Both the position numbers and the translations under genes were made by a program. The notes under the pieces are model-generated. The model did no database searches. It worked only from the letters and a program-made list of their open reading frames with translations, and was not told the DNA's origin. From positions 126 to 64,125 of the IMG/VR virus record IMGVR_UViG_3300042924_004272: a stretch of DNA of 64,000 nt; one strand, 5' to 3'. This DNA is from a virus (taxonomy: Duplodnaviria > Caudoviricetes). The first letter of the stretch is position 1, and each line of letters opens with the position of its first letter. Shown one piece after another: positions 1 through 10,031 of the stretch.

Positions 1-3000
1 GCGGTTTTGCCGTTGTCAATTTCATTGACTGTCTGTTTAAGGTACTCAACAAAGTCTGGGACCAACATTTCATCGATGTCGGTGTTGGAACGATCCATCA
101 TGCTTTCAGCAAGTCTCTCAAGACTATTGCGTATTCTTAAATTATCTTTTGTCGATCTTTCTGGAAGATCTTCTTTTTCAACCTTTCCTCCACCAAGTTT
201 TTTAACATATTCACCGATGGCGTTTACCGCGGTCTTGTCGTAGAGGTTCTTCGTCCACTCTCCACCAATAGACAATCCATCACCCTTTAAAGATCCTTTT
301 CTCTCACCCTTAATGATTTTTTCTGCAATTTCTTTGGGTAGAATTTCAGAAAGTTGCTTACCATTAAAGGTGGAATTTCCGGAAGACACTAGACCATTAG
401 GATCAACCCTCATCCCAGCAATTGACTTACCATCTTTAATTATATCAATTGTTTTAACCTCTTTAGTTGCCCCGGGGAATGAGTATGGCTCCCATTTGAT
501 CTCATCAACTTTCTTTGCCAAGTTGTAACGATCTGCTTGAGTCTCTCCACTTGTCCAACCAACCCACTTCTTTCCACGGGATATGGCATCTGCAAGTGCT
601 CCCTTAAAGAGCCGAACGGTATACTTGTTTGGATCAGAGAATGGGGCTTCTTGTATTCTTGCTCCAAAAACTTTTTTTAATGCCTCTTCAATTGCCCTTT
701 CATTAGAAAAACCAGACGGTTCAAACCCAAATATCTTTCCATCTTGGTCATAGACAACCTTTATTTCACTGCCGTTTCTTTTCTCAATTTTAACAGTCCA
801 GTCACTAGTGTCAGGTAGTTTTTCGGTAGCATAACCACCAGAAGACCTTGCATCCTTGGCACGATCGTTTTGGAACTCTTGGATAAAGATACCCTCAACC
901 CCATCTGCATCCGGTCTGTCATCAAGACGCATGTGAGCAACATAGTTTGGAATATCGCTAAAATGACCAGAACGATAAACTTGACCAGTCGAAAAATCCC
1001 CAGCAAGGGTTCTTGCCTCTTCGTTCCGCTTAACCTCTAAAGCATCTCGTTCAACCATTGCTGCGTCCCGTTCTTTTGGAGTAACGCTGCCGTCATAAAC
1101 TATCTTTTGGGCTAGTTCATCTAGTAAAGGTTGATATTTATCAAATATTTCTTTTCTTTTTTGAACTTTATTTTGATATGAGGCATCAGGCAAGGTGAGG
1201 ATAATTTCCCTGTAGTTCTGTCCACCCGGTACAACTAGATCGGGACGATCATACTTTGGTTTTCCACCCATGGATTCACTAGTTATTCCATCGAGATCGT
1301 ACCGCATATTATATGGAAGTTCCCCATACTCTACTTCTTCATTGTTTTGATTTGTAAAAGTGAACTCCTCTAAATAAGGGTCATACTCTGTTGTGAATCC
1401 ATAATTTTTAGCAATTTGAGCAGTCCTTTTTTCTATATTACCTGCTTTACCACCAAGCATCACATCCTCAAATCTAACTGCACCCTCCTCTTGAAGGTAT
1501 TGGTCAATCGCTGCTTTGGGGATGGATCCACCATATTGTGCCTCTAGTTGAGGCAGTGCATCCATGATACCAGAAAACCGGACTTCATCCTTCTTGATAC
1601 CACCGGAATTGAGAATACCTATAATTTGAGCAGCGCTTGCCTTGTTTGGCATCTTGCCCATTAGGGTATTGCGGAGTTGGGAGTAGAATGGTTCAACCTC
1701 CGGATTCACACGGGGGATCTCCGCATTCGGCATGAAGTTCTCCTTGATCTTGCGGTAGTCGATGGGGAGTTTTTGAGCATTGGAGATGGCAAAGTCATTC
1801 ACACGATCCATGCGCATTCCCATGATGACTCGATCAATGGAATCCTGTCCCCTGCGGGTCTTGCTAACCGACCTGTCGATGTTTGACCCCTTTGTGGACT
1901 CATCAAAGAGGTTGAAGATGTCGTTGATGCGATTCTTCTTGAGGAGTGCCATCTCCGGATCCACATCAAGACCCACCTCACCCTTCTCACCCCTCTTGTG
2001 GTTCTCAAGGACATGAACGATGTCTTCCCAAAGTTTGGAAGTATCTCCACCCCACAGATTGAGTCGATTCCTACTGGGTTTTGCCCACTCGTTGATCTTG
2101 TCAAACATGCGACTCACCGAAATCGTGGTGGCAAGGAAGTTCCCGTCCTTGGTAATCCGGAATCCAAACGGCACGACATCACGAATCTTGGGGGCTAGTG
2201 CCTTGTACTTACCAGCCTTCATTGCGGCCTGGTATTCGGCAATTATGCGAGTTCCATCCTTGCGGAGGGCAACCTCGTTGAATGCGGCAATCTTTCTCTT
2301 CAACTCCGTGGGAACGATTTCGTTTGGAAGTTCAAGGACTGCCTGTAGTTGTGATGGGCTTAATATCCCAACATATTCATCGTCTCCAATGTGACGAACC
2401 CTGTTTGGAGACCCATCCTCAACGGCATTTGCGATAGCATCTCTAAGGACTTGACCGCGCTTCCTCGCTCTAGCTTGGATCTCACGGTTGGATAGAATCT
2501 TGGGGGTTCCGTCCGGGTTCCTAGCAATCCTTTGATCTACAGAAATTCTTGTGTTGTCCGGAAGGTTTGCGGCCGCAATCTCCGGAGCAATTTGCATCTG
2601 GTTGCCATTCTCATCCACTAGCATCCCACCCTCAATTCGGTATTGACCAACTAGAGAGTTGAGTGCTGCCGACTTGGGTACAACAATCTCATTAACGGTC
2701 TTTCCATCCTCATCCTTGATGGTAAGAACTTGCTCCTTCTGCCACAGATCAAGACCGCGGTATTTGTTTTGGAGGATCCTGCTAGAGAGAAGTTCCGGAA
2801 CGGAGATCGTAACTTCCGGACCCATTGCGGAGGTAACTTGGGACAAGGAACCATTGTAATCCCTTAATTTCCTCTGAAATTGACGAGTAAATGCAAGTGC
2901 CTCGGCGGAAATTGAACCACCCAAAACGCTTGAAATCCTCCCTTGGTCATCCAAGAACACTCCCTTTGCATTGAGTGCCTCTCGGAGTCTTCCAATCAAA

Positions 3001-5807
3001 GTGTTTTTATTGGAGGTTGCAACCCAATCAACAAACGCTTGACCTGGTGAATCGAGGTCTGCTCGGAGATTTGAGGTGTCGGAAGATAGTCCAGCAGCCT
3101 CGGATAGAATTTCCTCCTTGATGTAGTCCCTAAACTGCTCCTCTGTTGCGAATCCTGCCTTCCACTTATCCCCGCCGAGCAGGGAAGCATAGTAGTCTCC
3201 CATCCTATCGATTGTGGCATTGTCATAAATCCCCTTGGAGACTTCCGTGATGGTTCCATCCGGATTCATTATCTTTTTACCAAACAAATACTCCTCAAGC
3301 GGACCCATCATGCCCCTCACCTCCTTGAAGGTTCTCATCGCATGATTCACTTCATGAATAAGGGTGTTATGGAGGTTGTTACCAAGTTGACTCTTTACCA
3401 AGTCGGAGTTGATTACAACAGAAGGTGCTTTTACATTGGCAGGACGAAGGTGTTGGGGACTATCGGAATATGTTCCCTCCGACATGGCAAAACCACGCTG
3501 CCCCATCGCTTGCTGATAGAATGAGTTGAATTGGTTTACCGTCTCCTGTGCTTGGTTCAACCTCTGTTGATCTTGGTCACTTAAATTGGATGCCCCAGCA
3601 AGGGATTGGAGGGCATATTCAGCATTTGTAAGTGTGGAACCCCACTTGTCACGTAGGTGTTGGAGCATCTCAACCGGAGACAACAACTTTATTTCGATGT
3701 TGTTGAGTCCTGCCGCTTCCCCGGTAGTCTTTGCCTGCTCAAAGGCATCGGCTAGAGTTAGATCAATTCTGCGTTGGTACTCCCTCATCGCCTCTGGGGA
3801 CATCTTTGAAACAAAGTCACGGTCTCCCTTCACCTTGTTGATTTCGGCATTGATCCCGGCAACAACATCATCTTCACCCCTGTTTTTTGCTAGATCCGCT
3901 TGGATCTCTAGGTTCTGGATGTGACCATCAAAAGCCCCAATAACAGAGTTAAGATTACCAAACTCGTTGGCCCTGCTAATGATGTCCGGAGAAGCAGTTT
4001 TGCGGAACCTCTCAATGTCGGCATCCTCATCCGCGCGGCGTGATGCCATGTCGTCCGCCAAAAATGCATCAATCTTTCCCTTTAGGGAAACCCTTGGATC
4101 AATTGCGGTGATTGCCTTCTCACCAAGTCTAGCACTACCAATTGCTCCAACCATTGCTCCGGTTCCTGCAACCTGTCCAAGCGTTTCGGCATTCTCAATG
4201 TCTGGCAAACCAAGTGCTGTTCCAATGGCAACACCACTTGTTCCGTGGCGGGCAACAGATTCAAGTTGCCTAAAGACCCAATCCGCTGTTCTAGCGGCAT
4301 TCCTGCGCCTTGAAGTAAAGGCTGGCTTGAGGGGGCCTTTCTCAATGCCCTCCGCGGCGGCCTTTTCCGCTGCTCTTTGTGCCGCTGCTTGTGCCTTTTC
4401 GGTGCCAGGACCAAAGACAGTGCGCATGAAGTCACCGGATCGTGGATCCTGCCCAGCCCTCTCAATGATTCCAGTCCTGGAACGGAGTCCGGTTTCGTCG
4501 ATCTGACGACCGATGTCTCGAGCAACCCTTCCAACCCCCTCAAGGATCATTCCTGGGCGCCGAGTCGCGGCAACGACAGGTTCCGCAAGTTTCGTGATGA
4601 AACTATCCTCTGACCCCACCAAGAAATCGCTAAGTTTCCTTGCTGCCTTTTGAGTTACTTCCCCGGTTCCACGAACCACGGCACCAAGACCCTCAATTGG
4701 GTTGAGACCAGCGATGGTTGGTTTGGTGAGTCCTTTGAGTCCGAGTTCAATTGACTTGTCGAAAACCTTTGAGGATGCACCGGCAAGCGGACCGGCAAGC
4801 ATGAAGGTTGGGTCTAATGGACTTAATAGATTTCCAATTAGAGCAACATTTTCGCTAGGGATGATTGATTTTTCTTTTAATTGTTGGGCTAGATCCCTTG
4901 AGAATTGTTGCCCAGGAACTCCCAACAATTCACCTAGTTTCTCGCCAGCGGTTGTTTCCGCAAGATTTGCAAGAGCAGCGGAAGTTCTTTCCGGAAACTG
5001 CTTGTAGTCTTCTTGCTCCATCTGACGCATTTGCTCACGAGCAATAGATTGCTGGAATGACTCTTCTTTTGTTTGCGGTTTTAGGTCTGTTACACCAACA
5101 CCAGCAAGTCTTTCCGAAACCAACTTGCTTGCTAGACCAGTAAGACCTCCTGCCTTGAGGGTCTCAAAAGCAAACTTTCCAGTAGGGGTCTCTTGAAGGA
5201 TGTCTGTTGGGGCCGTCCCAAACATTGAACCCCTAACTGCTGCATTGATTACTTCCTCACCGGCTTGTATTGCTCCAGAAGCAGCAGACCTAGCCTCAAA
5301 GATCCCTTTCTTTGTTGCTTCCTCAAAATCCTTTTGCCTTTGTTCCGGTGTCTTTCCAGAGATGTAATTGACAGCAACATCCGGAAGGGAAAAGTCTAGA
5401 TACTTTAGTGCTGCTTGCTTTTCTAGTTCCTTCCCAGCACTCGCAAGTTCCTTTGCTCCCTCAAAAACCTTTGTACCCATTTCACCAAGACTAGAAACAA
5501 ACCCTTTAGCGACTGCACCGGCTTGCTCAAGCATTGGACGAGAACGATCTGCCTCAAAAATAGTCTTTTCCTGCTCCATTGAGAGGGGTTGACCGCCAGC
5601 CTTTCTCCTTTTTAAAGACTCCGGATCGGTGTCGTACTTGCTCTCAAGTTCGTTGAGGAAAGACTTGGGTTGCTCCACGGGAGCATTCTTGTACTTGCTT
5701 TCTAACTCCCCAAGGAATCCTGTAGTTGGTTCACTTGGTTTTACCGCATCTTCCTCCTTTGGAGTTTCTTGAGAATGCTTCTTTTCAAGTTCGTCAAGGA
5801 AGCCCAT
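1..5807 (-). CDS. Giant polyvalent/ejection protein, 5' part (continues through the circular junction into 63979-56833; 4317 aa in total)
   Basis: ATG at 5807 (MGFLDELEKKH). The track lists no closed ORF in this frame, consistent with it staying open to base 1. It reads ...NEIDNGKTASEA-MDKWLDD into the 2378-aa ORF. HEVNH zincin motif at about 3342-3356. Confidence 0.92.
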   Translation of the reverse strand, partial: MGFLDELEKKHSQETPKEEDAVKPSEPTTGFLGELESKYKNAPVEQPKSFLNELESKYDTDPESLKRRKAGGQPLSMEQEKTIFEADRSRPMLEQAGAVAKGFVSSLGEMGTKVFEGAKELASAGKELEKQAALKYLDFSLPDVAVNYISGKTPEQRQKDFEEATKKGIFEARSAASGAIQAGEEVINAAVRGSMFGTAPTDILQETPTGKFAFETLKAGGLTGLASKLVSERLAGVGVTDLKPQTKEESFQQSIAREQMRQMEQEDYKQFPERTSAALANLAETTAGEKLGELLGVPGQQFSRDLAQQLKEKSIIPSENVALIGNLLSPLDPTFMLAGPLAGASSKVFDKSIELGLKGLTKPTIAGLNPIEGLGAVVRGTGEVTQKAARKLSDFLVGSEDSFITKLAEPVVAATRRPGMILEGVGRVARDIGRQIDETGLRSRTGIIERAGQDPRSGDFMRTVFGPGTEKAQAAAQRAAEKAAAEGIEKGPLKPAFTSRRRNAARTADWVFRQLESVARHGTSGVAIGTALGLPDIENAETLGQVAGTGAMVGAIGSARLGEKAITAIDPRVSLKGKIDAFLADDMASRRADEDADIERFRKTASPDIISRANEFGNLNSVIGAFDGHIQNLEIQADLAKNRGEDDVVAGINAEINKVKGDRDFVSKMSPEAMREYQRRIDLTLADAFEQAKTTGEAAGLNNIEIKLLSPVEMLQHLRDKWGSTLTNAEYALQSLAGASNLSDQDQQRLNQAQETVNQFNSFYQQAMGQRGFAMSEGTYSDSPQHLRPANVKAPSVVINSDLVKSQLGNNLHNTLIHEVNHAMRTFKEVRGMMGPLEEYLFGKKIMNPDGTITEVSKGIYDNATIDRMGDYYASLLGGDKWKAGFATEEQFRDYIKEEILSEAAGLSSDTSNLRADLDSPGQAFVDWVATSNKNTLIGRLREALNAKGVFLDDQGRISSVLGGSISAEALAFTRQFQRKLRDYNGSLSQVTSAMGPEVTISVPELLSSRILQNKYRGLDLWQKEQVLTIKDEDGKTVNEIVVPKSAALNSLVGQYRIEGGMLVDENGNQMQIAPEIAAANLPDNTRISVDQRIARNPDGTPKILSNREIQARARKRGQVLRDAIANAVEDGSPNRVRHIGDDEYVGILSPSQLQAVLELPNEIVPTELKRKIAAFNEVALRKDGTRIIAEYQAAMKAGKYKALAPKIRDVVPFGFRITKDGNFLATTISVSRMFDKINEWAKPSRNRLNLWGGDTSKLWEDIVHVLENHKRGEKGEVGLDVDPEMALLKKNRINDIFNLFDESTKGSNIDRSVSKTRRGQDSIDRVIMGMRMDRVNDFAISNAQKLPIDYRKIKENFMPNAEIPRVNPEVEPFYSQLRNTLMGKMPNKASAAQIIGILNSGGIKKDEVRFSGIMDALPQLEAQYGGSIPKAAIDQYLQEEGAVRFEDVMLGGKAGNIEKRTAQIAKNYGFTTEYDPYLEEFTFTNQNNEEVEYGELPYNMRYDLDGITSESMGGKPKYDRPDLVVPGGQNYREIILTLPDASYQNKVQKRKEIFDKYQPLLDELAQKIVYDGSVTPKERDAAMVERDALEVKRNEEARTLAGDFSTGQVYRSGHFSDIPNYVAHMRLDDRPDADGVEGIFIQEFQNDRAKDARSSGGYATEKLPDTSDWTVKIEKRNGSEIKVVYDQDGKIFGFEPSGFSNERAIEEALKKVFGARIQEAPFSDPNKYTVRLFKGALADAISRGKKWVGWTSGETQADRYNLAKKVDEIKWEPYSFPGATKEVKTIDIIKDGKSIAGMRVDPNGLVSSGNSTFNGKQLSEILPKEIAEKIIKGERKGSLKGDGLSIGGEWTKNLYDKTAVNAIGEYVKKLGGGKVEKEDLPERSTKDNLRIRNSLERLAESMMDRSNTDIDEMLVPDFVEYLKQTVNEIDNGKT

Positions 5808-5810
5808 AGG

Positions 5811-7421
5811 TTATTTCTTATTTTGTAGGAGGTATAGTTCTTCGGCCCGCTTTTTCTTTGCAATAACGTCCGGAGAGTTTTTATCTTTAGCTGAATCAAT
5901 ATCCCTAATCAAGGAATCTAATTCATTTTTTTCTTTATTTTGTGTTTCTTGGAAACCACCAACATTGTACCCGGCTTTTTCCCAAATCCCCAAGTTTGCT
6001 TTTTTGGTGCCTTTTAATTTTGTTCTAAGGTCTTGCATGATTTGTTTTGCAACAGCGGGGTCTGTCCTCATGTTTGGGATCAATTTTTTATATCTCTCAA
6101 CATCCTTGTCGGTTAGCACGCCAACTTCTCCAAAGACACCCCTTGCAAGTCCCGGTACAAGGCTATTCACCATGTTCTCGACGGATTGGGCAACGACATC
6201 ATATGGATTCATTCCCCTAGCGTATCCAACAACGGGACCGGTAGATGATCCAACACTCTTTAATTTTTCTTCAATGCTATCAAGAGTAGTATTAGCCCCC
6301 TCAATGTTGGTGAGTATTTTTAATTGATCTTGAAGTAGTGGGGCGGATGCTTTCCCTTCTTTTTCAGGCCCAAAAGTATAACTTGCTTCTCCTTTTGCAT
6401 TTACGGAAACGCCAGTGGGTTTAAAGTCTTGTGGAATTTGAAGATTTGCAAGACTTCCTGTTGCTTCTTTTTTTGTTTCAGAAACATACGACCCCGGTAT
6501 GAGTTTCTTTGCGGCCCTGTCGTAGTATGAATATCCTATGACGTTTCCAGAGGGATCGGTAACTGGGAATGAAACAATCGGACTAGATGCCCTTGGTGTG
6601 GCAGCAGGTTTTGCTTCTCTATACGTTCCGTATGTTGGGAAGGATGCCGTTTGAAGTTCTGCCTTTGGGTAGAGTTCCCTAGTGTCTAGAGTCTCAACTT
6701 CGGAAAGTGTCCTTGGAACTCCACCTTGGAGTGAGTATGGAAGAGACGGGGTCGGCGCTGTCGGTGGCAATCCTTCCACGGAGGCAGTTTTATACTGATC
6801 CGGAAGCAAGGACAGATCTCTTAAAGCAGCGAATCGTTGATCCTCTTGGGTTGGTGTAGCACCTAGCGGCATGCCATCAAACGAGACTCCACCACTCTCT
6901 GGTGGGGGTGTCATTATATCCAATTGTTGTGGTTGGAAAAAAATAGGTTTCTCTTGCCCTTCAATCCCGTCTGTAACTGCTTCAACACGATCACTAGTCT
7001 CCTTTGGCATCCATTCACTATAATCAGCGCCGCCACCTGCCTGTTGTTTTTGCCTAGCAAGATCGAGGTGACCTTGGGATACCCCAATTTGTGCTGCCTG
7101 CATTGCTAGAGACTGTTGATGACGCAGCTCAGCACTTGCTTCCTTCCTTGCAGCACTCTCTTCGGATGCCGCCATCTTTGCTTTCTCTAGAGCATACTTT
7201 CTCAACTCTTTCTTCTCGTCTTGGGCAGATTTGTAGGCAACTTCAATGCCTTTGCCAATTGTTGAAAGAACGTCACCAATGCTTCCGGTTGGTTGTATAT
7301 TCGCAGGTTTCCATGCAACACCACGAAAGTCTGGTGCGTATGGAGCAAGGTTGGCCAGAGAAGGAACAACAACTTGTTCCTGGGGTGCCGCTAATCCAAA
7401 ACCGGAAGTATCAAATGCCAT
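5811..7421 (-). CDS. Putative internal virion/ejection protein (536 aa)
   Basis: Long helical, low-complexity ORF immediately upstream of the giant protein, the usual position of podophage ejection proteins. Confidence 0.6.
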   Translation of the reverse strand: MAFDTSGFGLAAPQEQVVVPSLANLAPYAPDFRGVAWKPANIQPTGSIGDVLSTIGKGIEVAYKSAQDEKKELRKYALEKAKMAASEESAARKEASAELRHQQSLAMQAAQIGVSQGHLDLARQKQQAGGGADYSEWMPKETSDRVEAVTDGIEGQEKPIFFQPQQLDIMTPPPESGGVSFDGMPLGATPTQEDQRFAALRDLSLLPDQYKTASVEGLPPTAPTPSLPYSLQGGVPRTLSEVETLDTRELYPKAELQTASFPTYGTYREAKPAATPRASSPIVSFPVTDPSGNVIGYSYYDRAAKKLIPGSYVSETKKEATGSLANLQIPQDFKPTGVSVNAKGEASYTFGPEKEGKASAPLLQDQLKILTNIEGANTTLDSIEEKLKSVGSSTGPVVGYARGMNPYDVVAQSVENMVNSLVPGLARGVFGEVGVLTDKDVERYKKLIPNMRTDPAVAKQIMQDLRTKLKGTKKANLGIWEKAGYNVGGFQETQNKEKNELDSLIRDIDSAKDKNSPDVIAKKKRAEELYLLQNKK

Positions 7422-7433
7422 TTTCGGAAGGGA

Positions 7434-7937
7434 TTAGGATCCCCCGAAAGTGATCCCCGCCATTGAAGGCATGGTGAATTGATTCGCTAGTGAGCCAGTC
7501 TGGTTGATTGGATTCATTTGCCCCGCTGTTGTATCGGCAGGATTCATTGCGGCACCAGCCCCGGGGTTATTTGCCGCGGTATTGGGAAGGGCACTAGAAG
7601 ATGCCCCAAGGTTGGAAAGAGCCTGTTGCTTTGCGTTGGCAAGGTTGAAACCACCACCAGTTGCGGCATTTCCCGCGCCTTGAGCTGCCGTCGATGCTGC
7701 GGAAGTAGCAGCGGCATCACGAACCTGTTGGAGTTGGTTTTGCTGACCCATGTATTGACCGATTGCTTGCGAGGAGGCATTTTCCATCTGTTGATTCGCT
7801 TGCTTCTGTGCAGCAATAGCAGCACGACGCTGGGCGGCACGAGCCTCGGCAGCAGCGGCTGCTTGTTGGCGTTGCATTTCAGCAATTATCATTGCTGAGT
7901 TGTCTTGTTGGTATCCGCCTCCTCCTGATCCACCCAT
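7434..7937 (-). CDS. Putative internal virion protein (Ala/Gln/Gly-rich, MGG start)
   Basis: Composition and position. Confidence 0.55.
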   Translation of the reverse strand: MGGSGGGGYQQDNSAMIIAEMQRQQAAAAAEARAAQRRAAIAAQKQANQQMENASSQAIGQYMGQQNQLQQVRDAAATSAASTAAQGAGNAATGGGFNLANAKQQALSNLGASSSALPNTAANNPGAGAAMNPADTTAGQMNPINQTGSLANQFTMPSMAGITFGGS

Positions 7938-8018
7938 GGTATTTAATTGGTTAGGGGTTAGTTGTTAAAGTTGTGACAATTTGTAGGACAAATAATGGAA
8001 TACATCAACATATAAATT

Positions 8019-8855
8019 TTAAGAAAAGTATCCAGTCGCCCCACCAGCAAGTCCACCAATTGCTGTCCCCCAACCCGGGGCAACCATTGTTCCCATGGCG
8101 GCACCACTAGCAGCTCCGGAAGCGGCATTACCCCATTGGTTTTTTGATGCTACTTGACCTAGTGAAAGTCGGTTTGCTTGATCCGTTTGAAGTGCTTGAC
8201 CAAGGTTGCTGTAGAGTGAGTTTTGACCTTGCTCAAGACTCTGTTGAAGTCCACCGGCCCCACTCAAAATGTTCTGCATAAAGGCATTTGATATGTCAGC
8301 AGCACGAGCATTCTCTTGTCCTGGTAGAGACGCTACGGCCCCTGGGTCAAGTCCTACCTTGGGTCCAGGGTTGGCAGCACTCCAATTTTGACCAACTCCA
8401 GCAAGTTTCTGTTGGAGTTCAAGCCCCTGCAAGGTGTTGGCATCGAACAAACCACTTCCGTAGATGGTACTACGAGGATCGAACCCTGTTCCATACATTC
8501 CGGGGAGGGTTCTTTGTGTGAACATCTGATTGGCAAGTGCTCTCTGTCCCTCCGGACTTACCATTTGCGCCACCCTCTTGCGGGTATCTTCGGCAATTTG
8601 GAAGCCCTCCGGATCCAATGCCTTCTGCATGGCCTGCTGGTTTCTAAAATTGAGTTCCGCGGTATCCTTGGCAATGTTGTATGCCCCCCTTTGGCCCCAA
8701 ACATCAGTAGTTGCTACTGCTGGTTTGAGTTGGGACATGTACTTGAGCAAATCTGCTCTGTTCCTCATGTTTTCAGCCTGAGTCGCACTCTGTGCTGAAA
8801 GCATTGCATACATTGGCTCGCTACTAGGAGCTTGAACTTGTGGTGATCCGCCCAT
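8019..8855 (-). CDS. Putative DNA-pilot/ejection protein with C-terminal glycine zipper
   Basis: C-terminal GAASGAAMGTMVAPGWGTAIGGLAGGATG; MGG start. Confidence 0.6.
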   Translation of the reverse strand: MGGSPQVQAPSSEPMYAMLSAQSATQAENMRNRADLLKYMSQLKPAVATTDVWGQRGAYNIAKDTAELNFRNQQAMQKALDPEGFQIAEDTRKRVAQMVSPEGQRALANQMFTQRTLPGMYGTGFDPRSTIYGSGLFDANTLQGLELQQKLAGVGQNWSAANPGPKVGLDPGAVASLPGQENARAADISNAFMQNILSGAGGLQQSLEQGQNSLYSNLGQALQTDQANRLSLGQVASKNQWGNAASGAASGAAMGTMVAPGWGTAIGGLAGGATGYFS

Positions 8856-8857
8856 GA

Positions 8858-9244
8858 TTATGCAGGGATGTAGAGCTCACGCTCAATGCGTTTGAGTCCG
8901 AGTTTTTCCATGATGGATTGAGGGAAATTAGCACGACCGGAACACTCTGGTGTGGGAACACCAACATATCCGGAATTGCCAGAAAACTGCAAATGCGCGC
9001 GCCAATCGGACAAGACTTGGATCACATCACTTGCCTTGGTTAGTGCTGGATGAAACGCAGGATACATGGTTGGAATGAAAACGTGGTCTGAATAACCAAA
9101 ACATATATCATTTCTATAGAATGCGTAAACATTTATTTGTGGATGTGCGACAATTTCATGATCAAATGATTTCGCAAATAATTGTAGTTTTTGAAACTCC
9201 TCGGTTCCATAGGGAACTAGTTTGTAGGTTATCTTTGGTCTCAT
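8858..9244 (-). CDS. Hypothetical protein, possibly GNAT-fold virion assembly protein
   Basis: 128 aa between nozzle and ejection genes, ending MEKLGLKR like a GNAT C-terminus; weak similarity. Confidence 0.4.
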   Translation of the reverse strand: MRPKITYKLVPYGTEEFQKLQLFAKSFDHEIVAHPQINVYAFYRNDICFGYSDHVFIPTMYPAFHPALTKASDVIQVLSDWRAHLQFSGNSGYVGVPTPECSGRANFPQSIMEKLGLKRIERELYIPA

Positions 9245-9247
9245 AAA

Positions 9248-10027
9248 TTAGAAAATTGTGATGCTTCCTGTAGCGGGATATGTATCAAGACCACAAGTAG
9301 CATCTCCAGATATGCTAAAAGTTGCTGGCAACGAAATGGGCAAGGATGTCGTGTTGGCCGTTAAATAAACATCACACCCACCATCAAGAAATGCGACACC
9401 TATTTCAAGATTGCATGCTCCAACTCCACCAATTCTAGTGAGGTCTAAAGTTATAATGGGATCGGGGAAGGAACCACCTTGTGCAGAACAATCCCCAAGG
9501 TCAAATGGTATTACAATTCCATCTGAATAACTACCACCACTCCAAGTTGCGGAAAATGATGCGTTAATTTGAGTCGCAGAACTTTCTAAATTTAGAATTT
9601 GCTTTATTGTTCCACAACCAGAACAAGCAATTGGGGGTATTGGTGGGGTGTTAAATGTGGTGATAACTACATCTCCAACGCCGGTGCCACTACTTCCATT
9701 GTCCCATCCACTTCCACCTCCAGATCCACCCCCACCACCTCCAGATCCACCACCACCACCTCCAGATCCACCCCCACCACCTCCGGATCCATTTCCGCTT
9801 CCTCTACCCCCTCCGCCAATGCTACGACCGTTGTTAAATGCAGCATTTGCAATTATCTCTCCCCTCAAGATCGAGTCTCCACACACCACACATTCCAAAC
9901 ATCCACTAGCGGGACTACTTAATGGAACAGAAGAATATAGAGGCAAAACACCATCATTACCAAATGGACTAACGAACTTGTTTGGGAAGTTCGTTATCGT
10001 TTGCGTTGCGTTCTGGATGGTAGGCAT
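9248..10027 (-). CDS. Putative tail-associated structural protein with poly-Gly linker
   Basis: Directly after the nozzle gene; GGGGGGS repeats separate two domains. Confidence 0.55.
   Translation of the reverse strand: MPTIQNATQTITNFPNKFVSPFGNDGVLPLYSSVPLSSPASGCLECVVCGDSILRGEIIANAAFNNGRSIGGGGRGSGNGSGGGGGGSGGGGGGSGGGGGGSGGGSGWDNGSSGTGVGDVVITTFNTPPIPPIACSGCGTIKQILNLESSATQINASFSATWSGGSYSDGIVIPFDLGDCSAQGGSFPDPIITLDLTRIGGVGACNLEIGVAFLDGGCDVYLTANTTSLPISLPATFSISGDATCGLDTYPATGSITIF
9715..9790. repeat. 21-bp tandem repeat encoding (GGGGGGS)n
   Basis: About 3.5 copies of a ccacctccagatccacc(c/a)cca unit. Confidence 0.85.
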
Positions 10028-10031
10028 AGTG

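Noticed and set aside
7-5592. Many short ORFs on both strands in 1-5800, suggesting a gene-poor or pseudogene region
   Set aside because: They are shadows of the unlisted giant minus-strand frame that runs off the window edge.
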